This document shows positions 19,016-29,421 of a DNA stretch of 64,000 bases, piece after piece. Below the pieces are notes generated by a model. It saw nothing but the letters and a program-made list of their open reading frames with translations, was not told the DNA's origin and ran no database searches. Source of the DNA: Candidatus Geocrenenecus sp. JGI 0000106-J15 (GTDB taxonomy: Archaea; Thermoproteota; Nitrososphaeria_A; Caldarchaeales; Wolframiiraptoraceae); assembly GCA_000405685.1 (NCBI GenBank), contig ASPF01000012.1, forward strand, positions 14,326 through 78,325, written 5' to 3'. Position 1 is the first letter of the stretch. Each line of letters opens with the position of its first letter. The position numbers and the translations under genes were made by a program.

Positions 19016-20311
19016 ATGAGTAAGTCTATTCAAGTCTCTCTATCTATTGATGAGTTACCAAAATACTGGTATAACATTCTACCCGACTTACCTGGAAAGC
19101 TTCCAGAACCGTTAAATGAAGATGGAAGGTTGGAGAAATTAAAAGATATTTTAATTCCAGAATGCCTAAGACAGGAGTTTTCAAATGAGCGTTGGGTGAA
19201 GATCCCTGAAGAGATAAGAGAGTTGTATATCCGTGCTGGAAGACCTAGACCTCTACATAGAGCAGTAGGTTTAGAGAAGATGCTAAAGACACCTGCCCGT
19301 CTATATTACAAGAGGGAAGATCTTTCTCCAACTGGAAGCCATAAAGTGAATACTGCTATTGCACAAGTCTACTATGCTGCTGAAGGTGGATACAGCCGTG
19401 TAGTAACTGAGACAGGTGCAGGTCAATGGGGGACAGCAGTAGCATATGCAGCATCATTAATGGGTCTAAAATCTACAATCTACTGGGTGAGAGAAGCATA
19501 TGAGTGGAAGCCTGAGAGAAGAAGATTCATGAAGCTCTATGGTGCAGAAGTGCTTGCTTCACCATCAGATAGAACAGAGTTTGGAAGAAAGATGCTTAAA
19601 AACGACCCAGACCATAAAGGAACCCTTGGTATAGCTATCTCTGAAGCAGCTGAAGACGCTTTAAAACATCCTGATACAATATATCCTGTAGGAAGTGTAT
19701 TGAACTACGTACTTATGCATCAGACGGTCATAGGGTTAGAAGTTGTAAAACAGCTAGAGATCATTGATGAAGTTCCAGACATTATGATTGGATGCCTTGG
19801 AGGTGGCAGCAACTTCGGTGGGCTCACATTACCTATGATTGGAAAAGTTCTTAGAAAAGAAGTAGACAAGAAGATCAGGTTTTTAGCAGCCCAATCAGAA
19901 GCTGCACCTAATCTTGTTAAAGGAGTCTACCAATATGATTTTCCCGATACTGCACAGATTCTACCGAAGATCAAAGGATACACTTTAACTCATAGCTTCG
20001 TCATGCCTCCTATATGGGCTGAGGGTCTCAGATACCACATGGCCTCGCCGATAATAAGCTACCTAAAGAATATAGGGTTGGTTGAAGCAGTTGCCCACCC
20101 TAAAGATGAGAAAGCAGTATTCGAAGCAGCTAGAATGTTTATCCAAGCTGAAGGATTCCTACCTGCTCCAGAGTCATCGTATGCTATCAGAGCGATGATT
20201 GACGAAGCAGTTAAAGCAAAAGAAACAGGTGAAGAAAAAGTAATAATTGCAAATATAAGTGGACATGGATTCTTAGACCTTGAAGCATATAGCCGAGTAT
20301 TGAACATATAA
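19016..20311 (+). CDS. trpB2: Tryptophan synthase beta chain-like PLP enzyme (TrpB2 type).
   Basis: ...SPTGSHKVNTAIAQVYYAAEGG... contains the PLP-lysine motif. Size 431 aa, typical of stand-alone TrpB2. Confidence 0.75.
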   Translation: MSKSIQVSLSIDELPKYWYNILPDLPGKLPEPLNEDGRLEKLKDILIPECLRQEFSNERWVKIPEEIRELYIRAGRPRPLHRAVGLEKMLKTPARLYYKREDLSPTGSHKVNTAIAQVYYAAEGGYSRVVTETGAGQWGTAVAYAASLMGLKSTIYWVREAYEWKPERRRFMKLYGAEVLASPSDRTEFGRKMLKNDPDHKGTLGIAISEAAEDALKHPDTIYPVGSVLNYVLMHQTVIGLEVVKQLEIIDEVPDIMIGCLGGGSNFGGLTLPMIGKVLRKEVDKKIRFLAAQSEAAPNLVKGVYQYDFPDTAQILPKIKGYTLTHSFVMPPIWAEGLRYHMASPIISYLKNIGLVEAVAHPKDEKAVFEAARMFIQAEGFLPAPESSYAIRAMIDEAVKAKETGEEKVIIANISGHGFLDLEAYSRVLNI

Positions 20312-20370
20312 TCTTAGATTCTCTAAAGCTAGGGAAAAATAGTCGAATGCTTCATTTAAAATATATTATA

Positions 20371-21090
20371 TTACCTCTTCCTTCGGCCCGTTCTCTTAGC
20401 TGATATCAATCCAACTTTTCTTCCAGGAGGTGCAGTTCTAGAAACTGTTTCAGGCCGTCCTAGTTTCTTTCTAGTTCCACCGAATGGATGGAACGCTGGA
20501 ACCATAGCTACACCACGTGTCCTTGGGTAAGGTCTATGCTTAGCCTTCATCCAGTGATGTTTCTTCCCAGCTTTGAGGAATGGTTTATCATGTAATCCTC
20601 CTCCAGCTACAGTTCCAACAACCGCTAAAGATTTAGAACTTAACTCAGCCATCTTCTTAGAAGGCATCAATAATATAGTCTTGTCGCCAACCTGAGACAT
20701 TACAGTAGCATATGTTCCAGGAGCTCTAACAAGCTTTCCCCCATCACCAGGCTTTAACTCGATCATCGAGACTATAGTTCCTTCTGGTGCTTTTCCTAAA
20801 GGAATTATATTTCCAGGCTTAATAGATGCTTCAGCACCCATCTCTATAATCTGCCCGACATGTAATCCTTCAACAGCTGCTACACTGAATGTTCTACCAT
20901 CTTCAAGAACGATCTCTGCGACTGGTGCACCTCTACCAGAGTCATGATGAAGCTCTTTCACATATCCTAAGACTAGGTTACTCGATCCAATAACCATGGA
21001 TGGATAACCTAGAGTAGACCTCCTCTTAAGAGAGGCCTTGAAAGTCGGCGACCCCCTACCAATCCTCTGAGCCCTAATCCTCCTACCCAT
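20371..21090 (-). CDS. rpl2: 50S ribosomal protein uL2 (L2P).
   Basis: MGRRIRAQRIGRGSPTFKA...HHDSGRGAPVAEI...GGGLHDKPFLKAGKKHHWMKAKHRPYPRTRGVAMVP..HPFGGT is canonical archaeal uL2. Confidence 0.9.
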   Translation of the reverse strand: MGRRIRAQRIGRGSPTFKASLKRRSTLGYPSMVIGSSNLVLGYVKELHHDSGRGAPVAEIVLEDGRTFSVAAVEGLHVGQIIEMGAEASIKPGNIIPLGKAPEGTIVSMIELKPGDGGKLVRAPGTYATVMSQVGDKTILLMPSKKMAELSSKSLAVVGTVAGGGLHDKPFLKAGKKHHWMKAKHRPYPRTRGVAMVPAFHPFGGTRKKLGRPETVSRTAPPGRKVGLISAKRTGRRKR

Positions 21091-21301
21091 TCACCAACCC
21101 ACTTTACAAGATTCAATATATCTTCTCAATATTAACATTAACGTAAAGCGATCAGCTGGAAAGTTAATATCTCTCCAGGTACTTTAAAAGAGTAGCTAAT
21201 ACATCGTAAAAAATCATCTACCGATAATTGAGCAGAGAAGTAGTAAGTTCTCTTAAAAATCTTTAAATAAACAGTTCTACAATACCTTCTTTAGAAAATA
21301 G

Positions 21302-22114
21302 ATGGCTGACAGGCTAAAACGAGAATTTATTGAGCTACTTGAGAAAGATAATGAATTCAGATATCTAGTTGCAGGATATCTAGGATACTTGGAGATACTA
21401 AAAAGGCTTGATATTCTACATGAAGATCAGAATAAAATCTGGCAAGAGATAAGATCGCTTAGAGAAGGGCAAGAAAAACTATGGGAAGGACAGAACAAGC
21501 TCTGGGAGAATAATACTCGTTTATGGGAAGAGGTAAAGAATCTAAGAATGAGCCAGGAGAAGCTCTGGGAAGAAGTTACGAGATTAAGAGAAGGGCAAGA
21601 AAAACTATGGGAAGGACAGAACAAGCTCTGGGAAGAGGTTAAGATTCTAAGGGAAGAGCAGAACAAGCTATTTGAAAATTATGAGAAGATGCGCAAATAC
21701 ATGTTGACGGGCTTTAGAGAGTTGAGGATGACTCTAGGAGTAACTTTTGAGGAGTACTCGGCTGGATTCCTCGAGATGATGCTTGTAGAGATGGGTTATT
21801 CTGAAGCTAGAGTTGAGAAGAAGTATCTTGTCCATGATGGAGAGGTTATCGAGATTAATCTATTCTGTGAGAAACCTCTTGTAGTTGGTGAAGTGACAAT
21901 GAGTATTAGAACGATTGATGAAATAAATAGAGAAATGGAGAAACTTCTTAAGCGTGTAGAGATAATTGAAAAGAAGTATGGAGAGAAACCGTTAATGTTG
22001 ATATTGTCTGTTGCGAGACCTGCTGCAGAGATCTCTGAATCGTTGAGGGTTTTAGCGGAGAAGAACGGAGTTAAGCTTATAATAGGGAGAGAGATTGAAG
22101 AACTCTTATCATAG
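21302..22114 (+). CDS. Coiled-coil repeat protein with a C-terminal PD-(D/E)xK-like (DUF3782-like) domain.
   Basis: N-terminal LREGQEKLWEGQNKLWEEVK heptad repeats are encoded by a 126-bp tandem DNA duplication. The C-terminal part reads ...LVHDGEVIEINLFCEKPLVVGEV.... Confidence 0.4.
   Translation: MADRLKREFIELLEKDNEFRYLVAGYLGYLEILKRLDILHEDQNKIWQEIRSLREGQEKLWEGQNKLWENNTRLWEEVKNLRMSQEKLWEEVTRLREGQEKLWEGQNKLWEEVKILREEQNKLFENYEKMRKYMLTGFRELRMTLGVTFEEYSAGFLEMMLVEMGYSEARVEKKYLVHDGEVIEINLFCEKPLVVGEVTMSIRTIDEINREMEKLLKRVEIIEKKYGEKPLMLILSVARPAAEISESLRVLAEKNGVKLIIGREIEELLS
21461..21640 (+). repeat. Intragenic tandem duplication, period 126 bp (42 aa), with a 47-bp identical core.
   Basis: agagaagggcaagaaaaactatgggaaggacagaacaagctctggga occurs at 21461-21507 and again at 21587-21633. 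Confidence 0.7.
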
Positions 22115-22201
22115 ACATAGATTCGTTAGTTCGTGGATTAAGATATAGAGTTTAATTTTTTAAAGACCTAGAGTATATTAGTTAGATTGAGATAAACTGA
22201 T

Positions 22202-23044
22202 ATGTTTGCTCAGAAGAGGCTTGTAAAATTAGATGTTCTTATTCCATCCTCATTTTCTCATGAATCTCATCACCCTATTGAAAAGATTATAAGAATAGGA
22301 AGTATTGCAAGGTATCTAGCTGCATCCCGTGTAGACACCTTGATAATATATCCTGAAGAACTTGATTCTCCCCAGAAAGATAATGCAGAATATATTAGGC
22401 TTGTAATGGATTACTTGAATACAGCTCCCTATCTTAGAAGGAAGATCTACCCCTTAACCTCTAGATTAAAGTATGTTGGAGTACTGCCGCCTCTAAATAT
22501 TCCAACACATCCTGAGAGAGAAGATCTTGAGGTAGAACATTATAGAGAAGGATTAGTGATCTCATCTAACAAGAAATCCATTATATATGCTGGATTAAAG
22601 AAGATGCTTAGAACAGATAAGAAGTTCAAGAAGGGAGCAAGAGTGATAGTTAGAGTAATACCTTCTCAAGATAAGATGAGATTCAAATTATACTCTAAGA
22701 AAAAATCTAAGATATACTCAGGATTTAGGACCGCCGTAGTCTTACAGAGGCTTGACGAGATCATTAAAGACTATGATGTGAAAATAGCAACCTCAAGACT
22801 TGGTGTAGACATTAGAGATATTTGGATGGAATTAGAAGAAAAGATAAAAAAAGCAAAGAAAATATGTATAGTATTTGGTTCAGCTAAGCGAGGCCTTAAA
22901 GAAATAGCTGAATTACATAGATTTGATTATGAGAAGACGTTCAACTACATTATTAATACTTTTCCAAATCAAGCAGTAAGAACCATAAGAACTGAAGAAG
23001 CAATAGCATATACACTATCCATACTCAACTTAATCAAATTCTAG
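22202..23044 (+). CDS. SPOUT-superfamily RNA methyltransferase-like protein (COG2106/DUF171-like).
   Basis: The N-terminus LDVLIPSSF...IARYLAASRVDTLIIYPEE resembles the COG2106 family start (L.V.IPSS...IARA..IF.VDEI.IY). Confidence 0.4.
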   Translation: MFAQKRLVKLDVLIPSSFSHESHHPIEKIIRIGSIARYLAASRVDTLIIYPEELDSPQKDNAEYIRLVMDYLNTAPYLRRKIYPLTSRLKYVGVLPPLNIPTHPEREDLEVEHYREGLVISSNKKSIIYAGLKKMLRTDKKFKKGARVIVRVIPSQDKMRFKLYSKKKSKIYSGFRTAVVLQRLDEIIKDYDVKIATSRLGVDIRDIWMELEEKIKKAKKICIVFGSAKRGLKEIAELHRFDYEKTFNYIINTFPNQAVRTIRTEEAIAYTLSILNLIKF

Positions 23045-23053
23045 ACTTCTTCT

Positions 23054-23485
23054 TTAGATATCTAATACGAATCTAACTACAAATTCTTGATTTTTCTTCA
23101 ATATCTCCATCCTCCAATATGTTGCAGCTTTAACATGGACACCTATCCTGTGAAGTTTAGGATTAAATTGTTCTCCACATAGTTTAGCTGAGAGAGTGTA
23201 CTGGTCACCTACTCTCTCGATTGACTTTACTTCGACAACTTTAGCTATAAAACCCTCAATATCAAACAATGCAATTAAGTATTGCAGCCACTCAACTAAT
23301 AAAGCTTCTAAGTCTTCTCCAACAACACTAATGTCTTTCTCAATCTTACATTCTACATTATCTGTAGAAGATATAGTATTGTAGAGTGCAAGAGCAGCTT
23401 GAGAGAAAGCTTCATGCAACGATTCTCCGTAAGCTTCTACGTAAACATCACCGATATGTTCAAGAAACCTAAAGCCTCCAACCAT
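23054..23485 (-). CDS. Archease.
   Basis: FRFLEHIGDVYVEAYGESLHEAF..AA.A......VGEDLEALLVEWLQYLIALFDIEGF...HVKAATYW fits the archease family pattern. Size 143 aa. Confidence 0.75.
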   Translation of the reverse strand: MVGGFRFLEHIGDVYVEAYGESLHEAFSQAALALYNTISSTDNVECKIEKDISVVGEDLEALLVEWLQYLIALFDIEGFIAKVVEVKSIERVGDQYTLSAKLCGEQFNPKLHRIGVHVKAATYWRMEILKKNQEFVVRFVLDI

Positions 23486-23590
23486 CCTATCCCCTGTAAC
23501 TAGATATATTCGTGGTATTTTTATCTAAGCTGACTATATCATAAAAGAACTTCTTTAGAAAGTTTAGGCGGAGCTGATTATATAATCATT

Positions 23591-24691
23591 TTAACGAGTT
23601 TCTTCCCATCCTTCTTCCCATGATTCTCCTCTGCCCCATCCTCCCCATTCTTCCTCTTCTACTCTGATTACGCTACGTCTTTTCCTGATAATAATTACTA
23701 CAATAGCTATAGCAACTATGACTACTGCTATTATTATGATTATATTCCTTAAAGTTTCTTGACCAAGAAATGGCCAAGGCCACATCTGAGTCTGAGTTCC
23801 ACTCGTTATAGTGACGTTCTCTATCTTAGCTGGATATATCTCTACTTTTACGGTGTAGCCTCCTCCACCTCCAGCACCACCCATATTCTCAACAGAAAGA
23901 TAGAATGTATTTACACCAGTCTCCCAATCTCCACGAACTCTAAGAGTTACAGGTTCTCCTTTACTCTCAGATTTATTATGTCTTAGAGAAAACCCGTCGG
24001 GCGTGAGGAGAGATGCCCAGATCATTAGATATGGTTCAGGTTTAACCTCAACGTATATCTCATCTTTAGGCTGGAGATTCATACTTAGCTTATAATAATC
24101 TGAGTAATCATTTCCATATTCTTTCTCAGCTAAGTATCCTTTAAAGGTAGTTACGGCATCTCTAGAGATAGAAGGAGCTGGAATAGCATCTTTCATATTA
24201 GCTCCAGCATCTCTTCCAGAGTCTGCATCAAAGAAATACTCAATAGATATCTCTAGAGTATAGTTTAGGCTTCCACTACTTTTTCCAATCCGGATATATA
24301 ATGTATTTTCATCAGGATTGGTTGGATCGTATGCTAATAGATAACTTAACTCAACCTTCTTTATTACGTTTTTTCCAACTACTTGGTCGATACCAATAAG
24401 CCTAGCTCTACTTGGAGAGTAGAGTGAAACCGTAGTCAATCCAGGCTCAATACCTTTTAAGCTTCCCGAGATGCTGATCTGGATACCGCTCTTTAAATTT
24501 GTAAACATATAGTAATGATTATCTTCAAAAATCTTGGTTAGAGAACCGCTAATCGATGCTGAGCCTGTAGAAAGATCTACAGGTTTAGCAGTGTCGAAAT
24601 CAAGCCCAGGCTCTACTTCTTGAGAGTAGATGAGCGGAGTACATATTAGCATGATAGATAACAATAAAACAGTTATGCTTGCCTTCTCCAT
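23591..24691 (-). CDS. Secreted/surface protein with an N-terminal signal peptide, a C-terminal TM anchor and a Trp/Gly/Glu-rich cytoplasmic tail.
   Basis: Signal peptide MEKASITVLLLSIMLICTPLIYS|QEV. C-terminal IIIIAVVIVAIAIVVIII followed by RKRRSVIRVEEEEWGGWGRGESWEEGWEE. Confidence 0.5.
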   Translation of the reverse strand: MEKASITVLLLSIMLICTPLIYSQEVEPGLDFDTAKPVDLSTGSASISGSLTKIFEDNHYYMFTNLKSGIQISISGSLKGIEPGLTTVSLYSPSRARLIGIDQVVGKNVIKKVELSYLLAYDPTNPDENTLYIRIGKSSGSLNYTLEISIEYFFDADSGRDAGANMKDAIPAPSISRDAVTTFKGYLAEKEYGNDYSDYYKLSMNLQPKDEIYVEVKPEPYLMIWASLLTPDGFSLRHNKSESKGEPVTLRVRGDWETGVNTFYLSVENMGGAGGGGGYTVKVEIYPAKIENVTITSGTQTQMWPWPFLGQETLRNIIIIIAVVIVAIAIVVIIIRKRRSVIRVEEEEWGGWGRGESWEEGWEETR

Positions 24692-25159
24692 CCCATGAAA
24701 ATAACCGTATTACTCTCTGAAATAGTTTCCGTATAGAATATTCCTCGGAAATCCTCGGAGATTACATACATATAAACTTCGAAAATACTTTAGTCCTTCC
24801 AACTTATCCACATCCCTTCTTACTACTATTTTTAAGCTATATACCATAATCCATAGAGTTATTCTTGTTTTTATAGATCCTCTTCTTCTAATCTTTACCC
24901 TATTTCCAAGCTCTACTAGTCTTGATGCTCCTTCTCTAACACCTCTATAACTTTACATTGATTCCTCATATACTCTTCCTCCTACTTTAACATCATATAC
25001 CCCTCCCCCACTTTTTCTTGCAACCTAGATGTTCCAGTTCTCAGGCCATGCTAATGGTTGTCGAAATCCGGGGGTCTTAGGTTGAACTATTTGGTAATGG
25101 TTTAGCCATTACTTAACGTTAAGCCTCATGATTCAGTTTAACCCTTTCAGAGTGGAAAT

Positions 25160-25847
25160 ATGAGGATGGTGTTAAAGATTCGAAAAAAGGCGTGATAATT
25201 CGTCCTAAGAAACGAGGGATGCTATAGGTCTTAAGGAGGGAGATGATGTAGCCGTGGAAGTTACTGTGTATAGCTTCGTTTTAAGAGCATCGAAACCTAA
25301 CTCTGTTGACGTACCGGATATTGTAGAAGAGCTTCTAGGTGAAGAATACAAGTTTGAAGAATATAGATATAGGAGGCTATTTCAGAGTGAAGAAGATAGT
25401 ACTTGATACTAGCGTGCTCATCGAGTATATCCTATTCCAGAGTTCTCATCGTCTAAAAGTTGAATCATTATTTAATAAAGTGGTCCCGTAGGGACCTAGA
25501 ATTATTTGTTAATGCGGTCACCCTTAGTGAGACGTTATACGTGTCCTCTAAAATATACCAAGCGGCAGGATTGGAAGCTCCTAATATAGAAGCTCTATAT
25601 TTCGTAGAATTGATTAAAGGGTAGAATGGAGATCGTGAATATCAGTGAAGATGTAGCGATGAGAGCTGGAGAACTGAAGAAGAAACTACGTATAGCGTTG
25701 CTAGACTGCTATATAATATCTGTAGCTGAAGCTATAAATGCGAGACCATTATTTAAGAAGCAGGAAAGTGGGATGACGCCGATTCTAAACAGCCTAGAAA
25801 AACTAGGCGTACTATTCTTGGATAAGATGAGCATAGATGAACTTTGA
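25160..25847 (+). pseudogene. vapBC: Shattered vapBC module: an AbrB/SpoVT-type antitoxin (~25160-25406) and a PIN toxin (~25387-25847), each broken across three reading frames.
   Basis: Antitoxin pieces: MRMVLKIRKKA*, VIIRPKKRGML*, and GLKEGDDVAVEV...EEDST*. Toxin pieces: VKKIVLDTSVLIEYILFQSSHRL...VVP*, DLELFVNAVTLSETLYVSSKIYQAAGLEAPNIEALYFVELIKG*, and MEIVNISEDV...IALLDCYIISVAEAINARPLF... (ORF 25626..25847). Frame changes sit at A6, G3 and C3 homopolymer runs. Confidence 0.55.
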
Positions 25848-26147
25848 ATAAGCAGAAAAATAGGTAATCTTAAAATAGTTTTTAAGACAACCTTCTTTGA
25901 AAAATTAACTTCATCAATGAAACTGAGGATATCTCCTACCTACTGCACTCCGCTTCAGAATAATAGTTTCACCTCTTAGAGTATGGCAGATCTCTTCCAC
26001 AACTCAAGTAATCCTCCAGTTCATGCATGATGTTAAGAATTATTAGTTAATTATTATTCCTAGTCAATGAAAATGACCTGAGAAATAATATAGTACTCCA
26101 TCATTATCCATCTGTGCTTGATATATTAAAGTAGATGAGCTTTTCAT

Positions 26148-27479
26148 CTATCTAGGGCCAAGCCCTATCGCTGAAAATTTTATCTCCCTAAATTCTTCAG
26201 GATCGTATAGTCTTCTACAATCTAGTAGAGCTGGTCTCCTCATATACTTCTTCAACGTCTCCTGCCTCAACTCTTTGTATTCAGCCCATTCTGTTCCAAG
26301 TATGCAAAGATCTGAGCCAGTTAAGCACTCCTCGATAGTTCTACAATAGATGACTTTGTCTCCTAAAATCTTTTTAGCTTTCTCTAATGCTTTAGGGTCA
26401 TGTACCTTAATCTCTACATTATATTTTAGAAGTTCTTCAACCAGTCGTATAGATCTAGATTCTCTAACATCATCTGTACCAGGCTTGAATGCTAATCCGA
26501 GGATCGAGATGGTTTTTCCATCTAGTCTTCCTACTAGTTCTTCTACGAGTTTCACAGCATTCTCTATCTGCGATTCATTGATCTCTATTATTGATTCAAC
26601 TAAATTGAGGCGGAGCCCTATCTCTTCTCCAAATCTAAGAAATGCTTTTACATCTTTTGGAAAACACGATCCACCCCATCCGAGCCCAGCGTTTAGGAAT
26701 TCTCTACCAATTCTCTTATCCATTCCAATACCTTCAGCAATAACTTTCACATCTGCATTGGGTATACGTTGACAAAGCTGTGAGATCATGTTTATGAAGC
26801 TAATCTTTGTTGCGAGGAAAACATTACTGACATACTTAATTAATTCAGCGTTCGTCGGATTAGTTATAAGAACTGGAGGCATGGATATCCCATGAAACCT
26901 CTTATAAATATCTAGTAAGATTCTCCCAGATTCTTCATCGATGGCCCCAATGATTATTCTATCAGGGTTAAAGATGTCGTAAAGTGCTCTACCCTCCCGC
27001 AGGAACTCAGGATTAAAACATAAACCATATTCTCCAATATTTTTACCTGACCATTCCTCTAGGGTCTTCTTGATAACATTTAGGGTGGTTCCAGGCGGTA
27101 TAGTACTTCTAACAACAAGGAGCAAATACTTATCAACTCTTCTATAAGATTCACCAAGCATCTCTATCGTCTCTTTAACATATCTTAAGTCTACCGAGCC
27201 ATCTGGATTCGAAGGTGTTCCAACACATATGAAACATGCATCGCTCTCTTCAAGCATCTCTTTATAACTAGAAGTTACTTTAAGAGACTTCTCTTCTAAG
27301 ACCTTCTTCAATAAATCTTGTAGACCTTCTTCATAGATGGGTGCTTCTTCCCTCTTGATTAATTCTATTTTCTCTAGATCTGTATCTAATCCAGTAACTT
27401 TAAAAGACCTAGAAGCAAAAGCACAAGCCAACGGTAGACCCACGTATCCTAATCCTACAATACCTATTCTGTTAATCAT
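26148..27479 (-). CDS. Nucleotide-sugar (UDP-glucose/GDP-mannose family) 6-dehydrogenase.
   Basis: N-terminal Rossmann GxGYVG (IGIVGLGYVGLPLA), the catalytic Cys region GGSCFPKD, and size 443 aa. Confidence 0.85.
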   Translation of the reverse strand: MINRIGIVGLGYVGLPLACAFASRSFKVTGLDTDLEKIELIKREEAPIYEEGLQDLLKKVLEEKSLKVTSSYKEMLEESDACFICVGTPSNPDGSVDLRYVKETIEMLGESYRRVDKYLLLVVRSTIPPGTTLNVIKKTLEEWSGKNIGEYGLCFNPEFLREGRALYDIFNPDRIIIGAIDEESGRILLDIYKRFHGISMPPVLITNPTNAELIKYVSNVFLATKISFINMISQLCQRIPNADVKVIAEGIGMDKRIGREFLNAGLGWGGSCFPKDVKAFLRFGEEIGLRLNLVESIIEINESQIENAVKLVEELVGRLDGKTISILGLAFKPGTDDVRESRSIRLVEELLKYNVEIKVHDPKALEKAKKILGDKVIYCRTIEECLTGSDLCILGTEWAEYKELRQETLKKYMRRPALLDCRRLYDPEEFREIKFSAIGLGPR

Positions 27480-27488
27480 CTATATCGC

Positions 27489-28466
27489 CTAGATGATCAA
27501 CTTCTCTGATAAGAACCATTTAACATATCTTTGAATCATTTCTTCAAGATCTATCTTTGGGCTCCACCCTAAAATATTCTTTGCCTTACTATTGTCACAA
27601 TAGCTTATGAGAGATTCATGGGGTTTAAGTTCTCTAAAGTTTACCTGAACCCTCTTTTTGAACTCTTCCATCATTAGTTCTGCAATCTTCAAAACACTTA
27701 TAGGTCTACCAAACCCGATATTGAATATCTCAGCTCTTCTTGCTTTCATGCCTACCGCTATAGTTCCTTCTACAGCGTCTCCAACATATGTGAAATCTCT
27801 CTGAGCAGGCTTAAACTCTCCATCAACCCATTTTCCATAAACTTCAATTGCTCTCGCCAAGAAAATATTCTCAGCGAAGATCTTGAAGACGATGTTTCCT
27901 CTACATCTCTCACCTACAATGTTAAAGTATCTAATTATCGGGCAGTCTAATCCATATGTTTCTACATAGAGTTCACATAGTTTCTCACCGAAGAACTTAC
28001 TCATAGCATACGGTCCCTTAGGCTTAGGCAGTAAATCTTCTTTAAGAGGAGGCTGATGATCTCCATATACGCTTGAACTAGACGTGTAGATTATTTTAGG
28101 TGAGGGCTCAACAATTCTAGCCGATTCAAGTATATTTAATAATGCTCTATAGTTGTTATCAAGATACTGGTAAGGCTGGCTTATACTAAGTCTATGGGAT
28201 GCAATCGCTGCCAGATGATATATCTTCTCAAACCTGTATTCTTTAAACAATTGAAGTGTAGCCTCGGGCTCTCTTAAATCAATATATGCTATCTTTAAGT
28301 TCTTCAAGTTCGGACTCCTAACAATATGTCTATAGTTGTCTTCAAGAGGCTGGGGATTACTTAGTGCTACTACTTCTTCACCTAGCTCTAGAAGCTTCTC
28401 AACTAGATGGCTTCCTATGAATCCGAAAGCACCAGTCACTAAGATCAAGGCTCTGCATGTAAGCAT
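27489..28466 (-). CDS. NAD-dependent nucleotide-sugar epimerase/dehydratase (SDR family).
   Basis: LVTGAFGFIGSHLVEKL glycine-rich loop and the YxxxK region (YAMSKFFGEKL). Size 325 aa. Confidence 0.8.
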   Translation of the reverse strand: MLTCRALILVTGAFGFIGSHLVEKLLELGEEVVALSNPQPLEDNYRHIVRSPNLKNLKIAYIDLREPEATLQLFKEYRFEKIYHLAAIASHRLSISQPYQYLDNNYRALLNILESARIVEPSPKIIYTSSSSVYGDHQPPLKEDLLPKPKGPYAMSKFFGEKLCELYVETYGLDCPIIRYFNIVGERCRGNIVFKIFAENIFLARAIEVYGKWVDGEFKPAQRDFTYVGDAVEGTIAVGMKARRAEIFNIGFGRPISVLKIAELMMEEFKKRVQVNFRELKPHESLISYCDNSKAKNILGWSPKIDLEEMIQRYVKWFLSEKLII

Positions 28467-28477
28467 GATTTACGATG

Positions 28478-29347
28478 CTATATACTTGTCTTAGATGAGA
28501 GATGGTAAGATATTTCTAAAGCCTCCCAGAGAGTTTTCGGGTTACCAACATCTAGCCTAGCAATATGGTTTGGAAGCTTAACTGCCACAACTTTCTTCCC
28601 CATCTTTAGCAATCCTCCTATACCATCAGTCAACTGTATTTCTCCACCGACTCCAGGTCTTACTTTAGATAAGCAATCTAAGATCTCAGTCTCAAAAATG
28701 TATACTGGAAGTATAGCGATGTCTGACCATGGTCTCTGGGGTTTCTCTTCAACTCTATTAACTATCCAAACATCTCCTTCAACGGTTTCTCCACCTATTA
28801 CTCCATATGGACGAGGATCATCAACCTTCATAACTAGTAGGGTTGCAGAACAACCATATCTAAAATGTATTTCTAAGAGTTTATCAAGATGTTCACAATT
28901 GCTTGAAGCAATATATGTATCCCCAGCATGAACTATGAATGTTTCATCTATGAGACCTCTCGCTCTTAAGACTGCATCTCCGAAACCTTTAGGTTCAGGC
29001 TGATTCAAGAATACAATCATACTATCGTAAACCATATTGTAGAATCTCTCCATCTCTTCTGCATAATCATCTTTCCCCCTTCCCCTAAGAAGATTGATGA
29101 AGCTTAAATCAGGTGTAAAATGATCTTCTATAGCTCTCTTACCTCTACCAACCACTATAAAGTATTCACGGATGCCTATAGAATATAGTTGCTCAAAAAT
29201 AACTTGAATAAGAGGCTTCAGTAAACGTTCCATGCTACTACTCTTAACAAATATTGGAAGCATCTCTTTAGGAATCTCCTTAGTAACAGGTAGAAGACGA
29301 GTACCTAAACCAGCAGCAGTAATAACAGCTTTCCTAACTTTAACCAT
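28478..29347 (-). CDS. Sugar-1-phosphate nucleotidyltransferase (glucose-1-phosphate thymidylyl/uridylyltransferase-like).
   Basis: N-terminal KAVITAAGLGTRLLPVTKEIPKEMLPI is the G-x-G-T-R-L signature of the family. Confidence 0.8.
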   Translation of the reverse strand: MVKVRKAVITAAGLGTRLLPVTKEIPKEMLPIFVKSSSMERLLKPLIQVIFEQLYSIGIREYFIVVGRGKRAIEDHFTPDLSFINLLRGRGKDDYAEEMERFYNMVYDSMIVFLNQPEPKGFGDAVLRARGLIDETFIVHAGDTYIASSNCEHLDKLLEIHFRYGCSATLLVMKVDDPRPYGVIGGETVEGDVWIVNRVEEKPQRPWSDIAILPVYIFETEILDCLSKVRPGVGGEIQLTDGIGGLLKMGKKVVAVKLPNHIARLDVGNPKTLWEALEISYHLSSKTSI

Positions 29348-29421
29348 CTCAAGAAATCTAGAAACTAGAATCTTAATAACATTTCCTCAAAAATATCATA
29401 GCCACTAACAATAATATTTAC

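Noticed and set aside
25060-25100. tRNA-like T-loop string tcgaaatccggggg.
   Set aside because: The flanking sequence cannot form a T-stem or acceptor stem, so it is not a tRNA.
26028-26090. Candidate C/D-box sRNA (ATGATGT ... CTGA) in the intergenic region upstream of the dehydrogenase gene.
   Set aside because: The C box is not canonical (ATGATGT, not RUGAUGA), and no convincing C'/D' boxes or terminal stem are present. It is too weak to call.
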